Counted from the first letter of the stretch, positions 48,916 to 59,014 are shown. The stretch is DNA of 64,000 nt from an uncultured Phycisphaeraceae bacterium (GCA_964610975.1 CAZSYN010000007.1:26150-90149); one strand, 5' to 3'. A program made the numbers and translations. The notes: generated by a model not told the origin, from the letters alone.

Positions 48916-48988
48916 TCACCTTGATATAACATCAAAAGCATGGCTGAATGTCTCTGGAATGGACACTTTAAACAAAGGAGAATGTCAC

Positions 48989-49471
48989 ATGTCCAAGCGT
49001 AAGAAAACTGTTTCCAAAACCAGCGCCGCCAAAACTAAGCGTTCGCCCATCCTCAGCGGCCGCGAGGCCATTGCCGCCCTGAAGGGAAAACAGGGCGGCA
49101 AGAAACGCCCCTGGCGCGAGCAGGCGGCAATCATCAACCAGGAGCGGGACAGCAAGATTGAAGAAACGCAGGCACCTGGTAGTGCAGAAACAAACCCGGC
49201 GCCCGAAGTTGCCGATAAGCAACCAGCTCCACCGGTCGAGAAAAAGATGTCGGCGCTGGACGCCGCCGCCAAAATCCTGGCCGAGGCCGAGATGCCGCTG
49301 AACACCCGGATGATCGTGGAACGGATGATCGCGCAGGGTCTCTGGACCACGCAGGGACGAACGCCATCGGCCACAATTTATTCGTCCCTCATAAGAGAGA
49401 TAGCCGCCAAGGGTGAGCAAGCCCGCTTTAAGAAAACCAACCGCGGCTTGTTTGTCTTGCGGAAAAACTAA
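48989..49471 (+). CDS. Basic protein with a Lys-rich N-terminal tail and a C-terminal HARE-HTH / Mrr-N-like winged helix
   Basis: Start at 48989 with RBS AAGGAG. 'MSKRKKTVSKTSAAKTKRSP...' and '...TPSATIYSSLIREIAAKGEQARFKKTNRGLFVLRKN'. It lies on the plus strand among minus-strand genes. Confidence 0.55.
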   Translation: MSKRKKTVSKTSAAKTKRSPILSGREAIAALKGKQGGKKRPWREQAAIINQERDSKIEETQAPGSAETNPAPEVADKQPAPPVEKKMSALDAAAKILAEAEMPLNTRMIVERMIAQGLWTTQGRTPSATIYSSLIREIAAKGEQARFKKTNRGLFVLRKN

Positions 49472-49488
49472 TGCTAAACCGAGACTGC

Positions 49489-49941
49489 TCATAGGTTTCC
49501 TTTCACCCCGGCCACGGTGACCGGGGTTTTCTCCGACCACAAAGTTTCATTCGCTCGATGCTGCCGCTTGTTCTCCACCGCCAATTCGCTGGCGCAGCGC
49601 TTGCAGACGCCCATGACGCCCGTGGTGCCGGGGTAGACATAGAATTCATCCGCCACCCGCTTATACCAGCGGCAGCGGCGGCATCGCTTCCACCAGGTGT
49701 CTCCCGTGCGGTAACACCGACCGTGGATGCGCTTGTGCGTCAGCCGGGTGACCAGACAGAGGTTCTCGATCCGGTTGTCGAGCTTGTCGCCGTTGATGTG
49801 ATGGATTTCCATCCCTTCCGGGACCGGGCCGTGGTGATCTTCCCACACCACGACATGCTCCATCACGAGCCGACGACTCCCCGGACGCCGCACGCGCCGG
49901 TAGCCATACTCCGTGATGGTGCCGCGAGCCGGAGGTCTCAT
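49489..49941 (-). CDS. HNH endonuclease (packaging-associated)
   Basis: 'HHINGDKLDNRIENLCLV...H' plus Cys-rich zinc ligands. It sits adjacent to the terminase. Confidence 0.8.
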   Translation of the reverse strand: MRPPARGTITEYGYRRVRRPGSRRLVMEHVVVWEDHHGPVPEGMEIHHINGDKLDNRIENLCLVTRLTHKRIHGRCYRTGDTWWKRCRRCRWYKRVADEFYVYPGTTGVMGVCKRCASELAVENKRQHRANETLWSEKTPVTVAGVKGNL

Positions 49942-51347
49942 CGCATTGCCTCCTCGCGTGGTTTCATGGGGATTGGCGAGTGCCCCGTGCGCTCCAGCAC
50001 GGCGGGCTGGCCGGTGAAACGCTGGTAGCGGTCCGCAATGAGGTCCGCGTAGAGGGGATCGAGTTCCATTAAAAACGCCCGACGGCCGGTTTGCTCGGCG
50101 GCGATCAGGGTGCTACCGCTGCCGCCGAAGAGATCCAGTACGTTTTCACCGCTGAGGGAAGAATATTCCATGGCGCGGAGAGCCAGTTCCACCGGTTTCT
50201 GAGTTAAATGCTGCATGCTCTGCGGATTGATCTTTTTGACCGGCCAGACGTCGGTGGCGTTGTTCGGCCCGTAGAACTTATGCGCCGCGCCTTGTTTCCA
50301 GCCGTAAAAGCACCACTCGTGATTCCCCATGAAATCTTTCCGCGTGAGCACCGGGTGTTCTTTCACCCAGATGATCGCCTGGCTGAAATACAACTCATGC
50401 TTTTCGAGGAACGGCGGATAGTTGGCGCAGTTGGCATAGCCGCCCCAGATGTAAAACCCGCGCCCGGCTAGCAGCACGCGGGCGATGTTGCCAAACCAGG
50501 CATCAAGCAACCGGTCAAACTCCTCATCAGAAACAAAATCGTTGGCCAAAGGCCGATCCTTGGCGCGCAGCTTCTTCTGGGTGGGCTTGGCTTTCTCCGG
50601 ATGGCGAGCGAGATCAAGCCCCTGGTGATGGGTCTGTGGTTTGGCGTTGGTCGCCTGGAAGGATGACAAACCGGCTGCAATCGCATTGTTGCTGCGCGGT
50701 TCCACGCGCACCCCGTAGGGCGGATCACAATTACAAAGATGAACCGGCTGGCCATCCAGCAGGCGGTCTACGTCGTCCGCCTTGCTGCTATCGCCGCAGA
50801 GCAAACGATGGTTGCCCAAAATCCACAGGTCGCCCGGTTTGCTGATCGCTTCATCCGGCGGTTCCGGCACATCGTCCGGATCAGTGAGTCCCTGCTGTAC
50901 GTCGCCCGACATCAGGCGCGAGAGTTCTTCGGAATCAAAACCCAGCATGCCCAGGTCAAAATTCATTTCCTGCAGGCCGGAGAGTTCAATGGGCAGAAGT
51001 TCATAATCCCATTCAGCAAGTGTGGCTGTCTGATTATCGGTGATCCGGTAAGCTTTTACCTGCGCGGGTGATAAATCCGTGGCAACATGTACGGGAATCT
51101 GCTTGAGCCCCAGCTTGAGCGCCGCCTTGTAGCGCGTGTGGCCGACGATGATAACACCTTCGGTGTCCACGACGATTGGCTGGCGGAAACCGAATTCCTT
51201 CAAACTTGCCGCCACGGCATCCACCGCTTCATCGTTTTGGCGCGGGTTGCCGGGGTACGGCTTGATCTGGTCCATGGGGCGCAGCTCGATCTGCATAAAC
51301 TTCTCCCTGTTTTCAAAGATTTGAGGTGTCAATTTCAAGCAAACCAT
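49938..51347 (-). CDS. ParB-N (ParB/Srx nuclease-like) domain – DNA methyltransferase fusion (DPPY motif, N6-adenine type likely)
   Basis: The N-terminus 'PMDQIKPYPGNPRQNDEAVDAVAASLKEFGFRQPIVVD...GHTRYKAA' is ParB-N. The methyltransferase motif 'HLCNCDPPYG' and AdoMet-binding segments follow. Confidence 0.8.
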   Translation of the reverse strand: MVCLKLTPQIFENREKFMQIELRPMDQIKPYPGNPRQNDEAVDAVAASLKEFGFRQPIVVDTEGVIIVGHTRYKAALKLGLKQIPVHVATDLSPAQVKAYRITDNQTATLAEWDYELLPIELSGLQEMNFDLGMLGFDSEELSRLMSGDVQQGLTDPDDVPEPPDEAISKPGDLWILGNHRLLCGDSSKADDVDRLLDGQPVHLCNCDPPYGVRVEPRSNNAIAAGLSSFQATNAKPQTHHQGLDLARHPEKAKPTQKKLRAKDRPLANDFVSDEEFDRLLDAWFGNIARVLLAGRGFYIWGGYANCANYPPFLEKHELYFSQAIIWVKEHPVLTRKDFMGNHEWCFYGWKQGAAHKFYGPNNATDVWPVKKINPQSMQHLTQKPVELALRAMEYSSLSGENVLDLFGGSGSTLIAAEQTGRRAFLMELDPLYADLIADRYQRFTGQPAVLERTGHSPIPMKPREEAMR

Positions 51348-51849
51348 CCCAACACAACTCCGGCATCGCGGTGGCGGATTCTTCCGCTGGTGGCGGGCCG
51401 GTCGGCTTTTGGCGATGCGAAGCTAATTTGAAACTGGCGGCGGTAAACGCAGCACGCACGCATTGCGGTGTAACACCCGTACGGCGTGCGATCTGGCGGG
51501 AGGTCAAACCCAAAGCCGTCCAGGCGAGCGCTGATTTTTGCCGGCGCGTGAGCCGGGTAAAACGCGGGTGATCCAACATCGCCAGGGCCTGCTTTACGCG
51601 CTCGGCAGGCACACGGTGGCGCGGCAACTCACCGTCGGCCACCATACGCAGGGTGACATCGCAACCAACATCGTGGAGAATCGTCCGCACGCGGGTGTGG
51701 CTGATATGAAACTTCTGGGCGATCTGGCGCAGGGACCATCCCTCTTGCCAGCAGTTCAAGCAATCCAGCAAACGCTGCGTTTTTGCACTGGGTGTAAACA
51801 CTTCTAAAACTGCCGTTTTCAGTTGTAACTCTTGCGTTTGGCGTAACAT
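51313..51849 (-). CDS. Regulator with two sigma70-region-4 / LuxR-type HTH motifs (putative late-gene activator or TerS-like)
   Basis: 'WSLRQIAQKFHISHTRVRTIL' and 'LTSRQIARRTGVTPQCVRAAF'. Confidence 0.5.
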   Translation of the reverse strand: MLRQTQELQLKTAVLEVFTPSAKTQRLLDCLNCWQEGWSLRQIAQKFHISHTRVRTILHDVGCDVTLRMVADGELPRHRVPAERVKQALAMLDHPRFTRLTRRQKSALAWTALGLTSRQIARRTGVTPQCVRAAFTAASFKLASHRQKPTGPPPAEESATAMPELCWDGLLEIDTSNL

Positions 51850-52067
51850 GCCATCTCCGAGTGAAAAATTTTTATTGCCTCAGACAACTCTGTCATGCTC
51901 GGCGAGCGTTCCCCCGCGCCTCACAAAACGAGTTTTTGGCCCGGAGTACCTATTTGCGAATATTTGCGGCTATAAATGAACATTATTGTGAATAATTCGT
52001 GTTTACGGGCTAATCCTTCCTTGTTTGATTCGCTTCTATGAACGATCACAACCTACTTCCTTCTTTT

Positions 52068-52172
52068 GCAGAGCGGTCAGTCACACGCGCACAAAGGCCT
52101 TTCCCTTTAGGCGCGGTCCTCTCCGCGCCTAAGGGGGGTGTGGGGGGTGTGCGTGACTGACCGCTCGGCTGT
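52068..52172. promoter_or_regulatory. Nested inverted repeats at the replication / regulation module junction
   Basis: Outer arms gagcggtcagtcac(ac)gc at 52072-52089 and gcgtgactgaccgctc at 52152-52167. Inner arms ccctttaggcgcgg and ccgcgcctaagggg with a G-run. The primase stop codon lies inside. Upstream at ~51955-51972 is a tatttgcg direct repeat in an AT-rich stretch. Confidence 0.4.
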
Positions 52173-54212
52173 TTTTTCGCTTTTGGGTGACTGCGGCAGG
52201 GTTGAAAAGTCCGCCCGATTGGCCGGTCCGATGCGCCAGCGATGGATCAAACCATCCTCCTCGGCCACCGCCAGCAGGGACTTGGCGCGCCGCGCGGTCA
52301 GGCCGGCTTCCTGGGCTTTGGCCAAAATTGAAGCCTGGGCATGGGGAGTCGTGCTGATAAACTTTTCTGCAAACCGCGCGGGCGTCCAGTCATCGGTTTT
52401 GGGTACTGACGCCGTGCTCTTTCTAGAGCCGGGTGAACGCAGCGCCGTGGGATCAAGGCTTGGTTCGGGCAGCCACAGCGGGTATTGCCAACGCAGACAC
52501 AAGGCGGCGGGTTGGGGCCATGAGCGCACTTCGGCCTGAAATACCGCGCACCCTTCTTCCTCGTGCCAGCGCAGGGCGATGTGGGCATCCGGCGCGCGGC
52601 TTTGCGCTCCGGCGCCTGATCCGACGTCGGTAATTGATTTTTGCGACTGATCCCCTTTACTGGTGTGATGGATCAATACAAAGCTGCTGCCGGTGATCTG
52701 GGCATAGCGGTCGATGAGGTTGTACAATCCCGCCATGGCGCCGTTGTCATTTTCATCCATGCCGCTGGGTAAAAAGCGATAGAAGGCATCGCAGACAATC
52801 AGATCAAAACGTCCCGGCTCCAGGCTTCGGAAATACCCTTCCATGCCCGGCAGGTCACGCAGTTTGCCGCGCAGGCTTTCCACAAAGATCTTCCGACCCA
52901 CCAGTCCCATGCCGATGTTGCGGGCGGCCATGACCTTGGGCATGCGATGGGCCAGGGTTTCCCTATGCAATTCGTTGTCAATCAGCAGCACCCGGCCGGG
53001 TTCACATTGAAACGTACCGAGAAATAGTCCGCCCGTGGCGACCGCCAGCGCCAGATCCAGCGACATCCAGGACTTGCCGCATTTGGCCGCTGCAACCAGG
53101 TTGGCAGTTTCACCACGCCGCAGGAGGCCGTGAATCAGCGGCGGACGCTCCTGCGGATAAGCCGCTACCAGATCCATGATGCTCTGAGGCTGGGGTAACA
53201 GCGGCTCCGGCTGCACACCGAAGGTAGTATTTGTGGGCATGACATCGGCGCCATAGCCCTGTGACCGCAGCGCGGAGGCGGCACGCGTGTAATCGCCGCC
53301 ATGTTCCAGCAGCGTGTACACGGCAAAGGGGCCGTAGGCGCGGTCGGATTCAAACGGAGCCGCGTTGGAACTGAAGACATAAAACACCCGCCCCTTGAGC
53401 GTGGCGCTCCAGCCCTGTGTTTTGCCTGGCCGGCGCCAACATTGGTTTTCGCCATCACGCGCAAGCGTCCAGCCGTGCGCCTTGAGCAGCGCGACGACAT
53501 CGCCACACTGGTTATAGGCGTCACCGGGCCGCTCATGCCCGGCGGCGGGCGCAATCGGATCCGTTGGCACAGCCACGGGCGATGGGATCAGTTCATTGAG
53601 TGACCATGCCGCTTCCAGCAGAATCTCGCGCTCGGCCGCAGCGAGCACCGGCGGATCGCTGATTTCCCCCTGCACAATCTGGTAGCCTGGCGTGGGGTGG
53701 CAAAGGAACAAGCCACCTTCACCACGGGTCTCAACCAGCGTGAGAATAATCTCCCAGTGGCCGGCGGCATTGCGGCGCGGTTTGTACGATTTTCCCGCCA
53801 GCACGATCGGCGACTCATCCTTGGCCACTACCGCGCGCTGCGCCAGGTGGATATTGCCGCAAACCGCTTCCGTGCACCGGTAAATCACGTGCCATCCACC
53901 CGATTGCGATTGCTCGATGACCACGCGGCCCATCAGGCCGGGCGCTTCCGCCTCAACCAGTGCTGCCCAGCGATCAAAAAGCTCACCACCGTTGTCGAAA
54001 TCAAGCAATTCCAAATTGCCCGATACGCCGCCGGTCACCACGCAAAGCGAATCATGATCATTGGCAAACCACGCCGAGATCTCTGCTTCGGTCGGCAGTT
54101 TGGCTTGGTATTCCTTCCAGCCAGCAAGCGCGGGCCTTTTCTGCGCTCGCGACGCTGGCAGTACGCTCAAACCCGCGCGCTGGTAGATAATGGCTGTTTC
54201 CTGTAATGACAT
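52107..54212 (-). CDS. Bifunctional primase-polymerase (PrimPol N-terminal domain) fused to a RecA-fold AAA_25 / RepA-like ATPase
   Basis: The N-terminus 'LPASRAQKRPALAGWKEYQAK...LCVVTGGVSGNLELLDFD' is PrimPol. 'VAAAKCGKSWMSLDLALAVATGG...LLIDNE' is Walker A/B. Confidence 0.75.
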   Translation of the reverse strand: MSLQETAIIYQRAGLSVLPASRAQKRPALAGWKEYQAKLPTEAEISAWFANDHDSLCVVTGGVSGNLELLDFDNGGELFDRWAALVEAEAPGLMGRVVIEQSQSGGWHVIYRCTEAVCGNIHLAQRAVVAKDESPIVLAGKSYKPRRNAAGHWEIILTLVETRGEGGLFLCHPTPGYQIVQGEISDPPVLAAAEREILLEAAWSLNELIPSPVAVPTDPIAPAAGHERPGDAYNQCGDVVALLKAHGWTLARDGENQCWRRPGKTQGWSATLKGRVFYVFSSNAAPFESDRAYGPFAVYTLLEHGGDYTRAASALRSQGYGADVMPTNTTFGVQPEPLLPQPQSIMDLVAAYPQERPPLIHGLLRRGETANLVAAAKCGKSWMSLDLALAVATGGLFLGTFQCEPGRVLLIDNELHRETLAHRMPKVMAARNIGMGLVGRKIFVESLRGKLRDLPGMEGYFRSLEPGRFDLIVCDAFYRFLPSGMDENDNGAMAGLYNLIDRYAQITGSSFVLIHHTSKGDQSQKSITDVGSGAGAQSRAPDAHIALRWHEEEGCAVFQAEVRSWPQPAALCLRWQYPLWLPEPSLDPTALRSPGSRKSTASVPKTDDWTPARFAEKFISTTPHAQASILAKAQEAGLTARRAKSLLAVAEEDGLIHRWRIGPANRADFSTLPQSPKSEKTAERSVTHTPHTPLRRGEDRA

Positions 54213-54224
54213 CTCACGCCCGTC

Positions 54225-55991
54225 TCAAAATGGAATGTCGTCTTCGGCTATGGCCGGCTCTGGCTCAGATGAATCACGATCCCACTCGCCGTCGTTTACA
54301 GGCTCCTCCAGTGCCACTGGATTAATCGCTGCGATACCCAGCGCCACCGGATCGGGAATATCTCCGAGCTGGTAATCCACGATGCGGTCGTATTTCTCGC
54401 CGGCCACGCTGCGCACGGTGATGGATTGCACGTCGGCCAGTGCGCCGGACTGCGCCAGTTGTACTGCTTCGTCTACGCTATCCGGTACCGGTACATGGGA
54501 GCGCTGTTTCCACCAAACCTCGGCCTTCTGCCGTGCATAGCCGGTGTGCTCCAGGCAGATCCATTCCGATTTGTACTTGTAAAAGCCGATTTCATAATCG
54601 ACGCGTAAGGACCGCGGCGCACCGGACGCCGCATCTCGCTTCACATGCACAGAGTACTGAACGCTCCGCACGACGTAATCATTAAGCGTGACCTGCCCGG
54701 TCAGTACGCCATTAGCGGCGGCCTCGCCATCGTGCGCCAATCGTTCCGGCGGCGGAAATTCATAACCGCATTCTGGACACCTGGCATATCCCGTGGCGAT
54801 GAGCGCATGGCACTGCGGGCATTCCTTCGCTGGCGCGATACCTGTGCCCTTGGCGGCAGGATCGCTCACCCGGATCTGATCCACTGGCCCATGGCGCAAT
54901 ACGTTGCCGCCATAATCCAGAATCAAGCAATCGGTCTTGCCAGGACATATGCGGAAACCTCTGCCAACCTGCTGGTAATACAAACCCGGCGACATGGTCG
55001 GTCGCAATAACGCCACGCAATCAATATTCGGCGCATCAAAGCCGGTGGTCAGCACATTCACATTGGCCAGGTACTTCAGTTGGCCATCACGGAATCGCCG
55101 GATAAGCTGATCGCGAAAGATGCTCGGCGTCTGGCCGTCAATAAACCCGCATTCCTGCTGGGCGTATTGTTCAATCAGCTTGGCCACATGCTGGCCATGC
55201 TTGACACCCGACGTGAAGATCAAACAAGCCTTACGCTCTTGAGTGAGTTCAACAATCTCCTTGCACGCCGAGTGAACCAGCATCTCCTGATCCATCAGCG
55301 CTTCCACTTCACCGGCAACAAACTCGCCGCCGCGCACGTGCAGATCGCTGGTATTGGCCTTCACCTTGCCCGCTTTGGATTTCAGCGGCGACAAATAGCC
55401 GTTCCGGATCAGTTCCCGCACGCCGATCTCATAGCAGACGCTGTTAAGGATGCCCTCCGGCGGCGGCACGCAGATCGGCCCGCTAGACATGCGGAATGGC
55501 GTGGCGGTCAAACCAATCACCCGCAGATGCGGATTGATCTTCCGGGCGTCCTCCAGAAAATGCCGGTACATCCCGTCGCCTTCCAGGGTAATAAGATGCG
55601 CCTCGTCTACGATAATCAGATCAAAATGCCCCAGTTGATCGGATTTCTGGTACACCGACTGGATGCCGGCGACAAGGACAGAATGCTTCGTATCACGCCG
55701 TCCCAAACCTGCGGAGAAAATACCGACATCCAGGGATGGCGCCAGAATCTGGATTTTCTCCGCCGCCTGCTCCAGCAGTTCGCGCACATGCGCCAATACC
55801 AGCGCGCGACCTGACCACATCACGGTGTCCATGCAGATCTGCGCAATGAGCAAGGCTTTGCCTCCGCCTGTGGGTAAGACCACGCACGGGTTATCCTCTC
55901 GCTCTCGCAGATGCCGGTAGACAGCATCAACGGCTTCGCGCTGGTACGGCCGCAATGTCAGCAGCTTATGTTCAGGTTTGAACAGATTCAC
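54225..55991 (-). CDS. SF2 (DEAD/DEAH-box) DNA helicase with a C-terminal zinc ribbon
   Basis: 'VVLPTGGGKA', 'IIVDEAHLI' and a C-terminal 'CPQCH...CPECG'. Confidence 0.8.
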   Translation of the reverse strand: MNLFKPEHKLLTLRPYQREAVDAVYRHLREREDNPCVVLPTGGGKALLIAQICMDTVMWSGRALVLAHVRELLEQAAEKIQILAPSLDVGIFSAGLGRRDTKHSVLVAGIQSVYQKSDQLGHFDLIIVDEAHLITLEGDGMYRHFLEDARKINPHLRVIGLTATPFRMSSGPICVPPPEGILNSVCYEIGVRELIRNGYLSPLKSKAGKVKANTSDLHVRGGEFVAGEVEALMDQEMLVHSACKEIVELTQERKACLIFTSGVKHGQHVAKLIEQYAQQECGFIDGQTPSIFRDQLIRRFRDGQLKYLANVNVLTTGFDAPNIDCVALLRPTMSPGLYYQQVGRGFRICPGKTDCLILDYGGNVLRHGPVDQIRVSDPAAKGTGIAPAKECPQCHALIATGYARCPECGYEFPPPERLAHDGEAAANGVLTGQVTLNDYVVRSVQYSVHVKRDAASGAPRSLRVDYEIGFYKYKSEWICLEHTGYARQKAEVWWKQRSHVPVPDSVDEAVQLAQSGALADVQSITVRSVAGEKYDRIVDYQLGDIPDPVALGIAAINPVALEEPVNDGEWDRDSSEPEPAIAEDDIPF

Positions 55992-56236
55992 CGCGCCACC
56001 TCAGGTATACTGCTTGCCTGCAACACCAGATCACGATGCCCCGCCCGGCGCAGCGCGCGATTCCCGGCGGCGCGTAAATCTGCCTCTGCCCGATTGAAAA
56101 TCGCCATCGCCTCGCAAAGAGACATTTGTTTGCGCCAAGTACAAGGGAAAGATTCGAACCAGTCCGCCACCGCGCAATAACGCAATGCGGCGCCAAGCAG
56201 TTCGCTTTGAATTTCTGATGGCAGTTTCTCTTTCAT
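55988..56236 (-). CDS. Hypothetical small protein
   Basis: Its stop overlaps the helicase start by 4 nt. Confidence 0.35.
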   Translation of the reverse strand: MKEKLPSEIQSELLGAALRYCAVADWFESFPCTWRKQMSLCEAMAIFNRAEADLRAAGNRALRRAGHRDLVLQASSIPEVAR

Positions 56237-56582
56237 GGTCGCACCTCAAGAAATATCATCATGGGATTCCCGCCAGTGAGAACCGCTGACGGGAAGTCCC
56301 ATCGAAAGGTGGGTTCGTTGAAATAAACATTTTTCTGTGACGACTCTTGGATCACTTGAAACCGATGATCTTTCCATCAAAGACCGGCGCTAATGGTTCC
56401 ACCGGCGCGGACGCCTCGCCATGCCCAACCAAACCCCGCCACGCCACGTCGTGCCCAACCATGCCGCACCCGATCCAACCACACCTTGTCTTGGCATTGG
56501 TCTGTGTGCTATACGTATCACCACGCTCATACTTCCATGACCGTGTGATTTTGTATGGGAATGATTGGCCGCAGTGCCGATG

Positions 56583-57200
56583 CTATTCCTTAAGCACCTC
56601 GAAGTGCGTCACCTGGAAGCGACCGTAAGTCGGACGAAAATCCGCAATGCCGATCAGGCGCCCGGCATCGGTGAGTAAAGCGTGAAGCAGTTCCGGAGAT
56701 ACATACTCTGGCAGATTCACCAGGAAGATAAACCGCGCCGTCCAACCGGCCTTGATCGCCGGCCGCACACGCGTGATGCCACTGCGCTGTATTTGCACCC
56801 GGCATTGATGTTCGTAATCCCAGGCCCGAATACCCAAGCTGGCCAGGGGCGTTAAATTGACGACGGCTGCTTTGACCAGATCGACCGCGCTCTTGCGCGG
56901 CGAGCGCGGGTCCTGACGAAACTTGGCCGCGCCGATAACGGCCTGGCGAACATATTCACCGGGCACACATAACTCACGATTTTCATTGCGATAAACATAC
57001 GATTCGATGTCGTCGGTCTTTTTGGCCGCCGATCCCTTGGCGGATTTGGCTTTCGCTTCAACCGCCTGGCAGTTCCAGCGGTGCAGGAGCAGATCCGCTT
57101 CACCCCGCAAAACAATTTCCACACGGTATGGCGCAGAAAGCTCAAGTGTTCTGGCCGCACCGTTGGTCACATCCGGTCCGATGGCCATTGCCGTACTCAT
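56583..57200 (-). CDS. Hypothetical replication/recombination-module protein
   Basis: ORF only, 205 aa. Confidence 0.4.
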   Translation of the reverse strand: MSTAMAIGPDVTNGAARTLELSAPYRVEIVLRGEADLLLHRWNCQAVEAKAKSAKGSAAKKTDDIESYVYRNENRELCVPGEYVRQAVIGAAKFRQDPRSPRKSAVDLVKAAVVNLTPLASLGIRAWDYEHQCRVQIQRSGITRVRPAIKAGWTARFIFLVNLPEYVSPELLHALLTDAGRLIGIADFRPTYGRFQVTHFEVLKE

Positions 57201-57338
57201 GTAATATTCCCCAATGATTGTTTCTCAAAGGCCTGCGCCGATGTTTCCACCGGCGCGGGCGCCTTGCCACACCTCGCCTCACACAGCCCAGCCTCACCAT
57301 GTCACGAGAATGCCGCCGATCATGATGGTGGGCCAGAT

Positions 57339-57596
57339 TCATGTCGCTTCACGCTCCTGCGGCACGTCTCGCCAATCCATGAATTCCGCCAGATACGCTT
57401 CAGCTTCCAACTGGCACGCGAAGTTTTTCCGCCGGCACGGATCCTTGGTCCAAATCACGCCATCAAAAGGTTCATCACTCATCCAGTGCTCAAACTCCGG
57501 ATCATAGATGGCGTAAAATGTTCGGATGACAATCCCATCCATGCTCTCAGCGAGTTCCACCACGCGCTCGGAGTCAGTGATCGCAAGATTCTCCAT
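57339..57596 (-). CDS. Hypothetical small protein
   Basis: ORF only. Confidence 0.35.
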   Translation of the reverse strand: MENLAITDSERVVELAESMDGIVIRTFYAIYDPEFEHWMSDEPFDGVIWTKDPCRRKNFACQLEAEAYLAEFMDWRDVPQEREAT

Positions 57597-57607
57597 GGCG
57601 GTACTCC

Positions 57608-58087
57608 TTAGCGTTTCCAGGGCGGGGTTGTTCCGGCGTACGGATTGCCGCCAGCGGGATTGGTGGCAGCCTGCGGTGTTTGGCTGTTACGCTCATATTT
57701 CTCAAAACCACGAATTTCATTGGCCGGTTCATTGGTGTCTTTACGGTTTTTGAGTTTCACGACAAGAACCACCGGCAAATTGTGCAATTCCGCAGAGTCG
57801 CGCGGCTGCATCACACTGACACAGCGACATAGGGCCGACAATTGCCCACGAGCAATTTGCGTCGTGACCGGATTCGGATGCTGGAGGCACAACCGGTGCC
57901 ACACCATGCGCCCTTTGTACGGACCCTCCAGGATTTCAAATTGAAGTTCCAGGTATTGTCCGCTGCCATTTTTCGTAGGCTTTTGTTCCGAAGCGACGAT
58001 GGCGGCAAGATACTTGCCGGCCGGAACGGGATCGAAAGCTTTTGAGGGCTCCACTTCATTGGCATTAAAACCATTGAGATTGGCCAT
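57608..58087 (-). CDS. DUF669-family phage protein (SSB-like partner of Sak4)
   Basis: The 159-aa size and its adjacency to an AAA_24 ATPase fit the conserved phage module. Confidence 0.55.
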   Translation of the reverse strand: MANLNGFNANEVEPSKAFDPVPAGKYLAAIVASEQKPTKNGSGQYLELQFEILEGPYKGRMVWHRLCLQHPNPVTTQIARGQLSALCRCVSVMQPRDSAELHNLPVVLVVKLKNRKDTNEPANEIRGFEKYERNSQTPQAATNPAGGNPYAGTTPPWKR

Positions 58088-58144
58088 AATTGGCTCCTTG
58101 TGATGATGGCAAAATAAGATCAGAAACGGTGGTACATATTGGTG

Positions 58145-58936
58145 TTAGGAGGTGGCGGTTTCTGTCGCCGATGCAACGGTGTTCATCGGTAATACATTGG
58201 TTGCGATTGATACCGCTGCATGCGCCTGCTGCTGGAAATATCGATAAGCTTCCCACTCCAAGGGCAATTCGGGCGGCATGTTCAGCCGGTTCTTAGCCAC
58301 ATGCGTCGGCCCCTCGCTGGTCCGCATGATGCGCTCAGGGGTGACATTCTTGACTTTCTTGGGATCCGTGGCGCTGCTGTAGCAGGCGAAAAACAGTTCA
58401 TCGGTCCATTCGGCAATCAACGCGCTGGCCAGCTTGTGCAGGCGCGGAGAGAAGCGATCAAACGCTGAATCCTCCGGGGTCTGGAATTTCTCGATCTTGG
58501 TATGGGCGATCAAAACAATCGCCATGCCGCGCTCGCGGCGCAGCAGATCCAGGGCATCCAGAAACGGCCGCCAGTAGTTCAGCGCGTAGGTATATCCCTT
58601 CTGGAAGCCGATCTTTTCGATGTTGCTGACATTCTCAGCCGTGCAGACCTCCGCCCAGATCAAGCGTTCGAGCCAATCAAGACTGTCGATGACCACGGTC
58701 TTAAAGTCATGTGGCGTGCCGCGCAGTTCTTCCAGCGCCGCCATCACTTCACCAAAACTGCGTGCCAGCGGGAACTTGGCACAATTGATCTCACCCAGGC
58801 CGTCCTCGGTCTGGATGAAAATCGGATGGTCACTGGCGGCCGCCCAGGTGCTCTTGCCCACGCCCTGCACGCCGTGAATCATGCAGCGCCGGGGCGCCGG
58901 CCGTTTGCCAACGTGAATTTGCGATAACAGGCTCAT
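58145..58936 (-). CDS. Sak4-like AAA_24 RecA-fold ATPase (phage single-strand annealing / recombination protein)
   Basis: 'IHGVQGVGKSTWAAAS..HPIFIQTEDG' and an overall size of 263 aa. Confidence 0.65.
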   Translation of the reverse strand: MSLLSQIHVGKRPAPRRCMIHGVQGVGKSTWAAASDHPIFIQTEDGLGEINCAKFPLARSFGEVMAALEELRGTPHDFKTVVIDSLDWLERLIWAEVCTAENVSNIEKIGFQKGYTYALNYWRPFLDALDLLRRERGMAIVLIAHTKIEKFQTPEDSAFDRFSPRLHKLASALIAEWTDELFFACYSSATDPKKVKNVTPERIMRTSEGPTHVAKNRLNMPPELPLEWEAYRYFQQQAHAAVSIATNVLPMNTVASATETATS

Positions 58937-59014
58937 GCTTAAATTCTCCTATGGGGATAATGATTCGTTCATAAAAGCCGGGGTCGGTCGACCAGCCGGG
59001 CCGCGCCATGTAGG

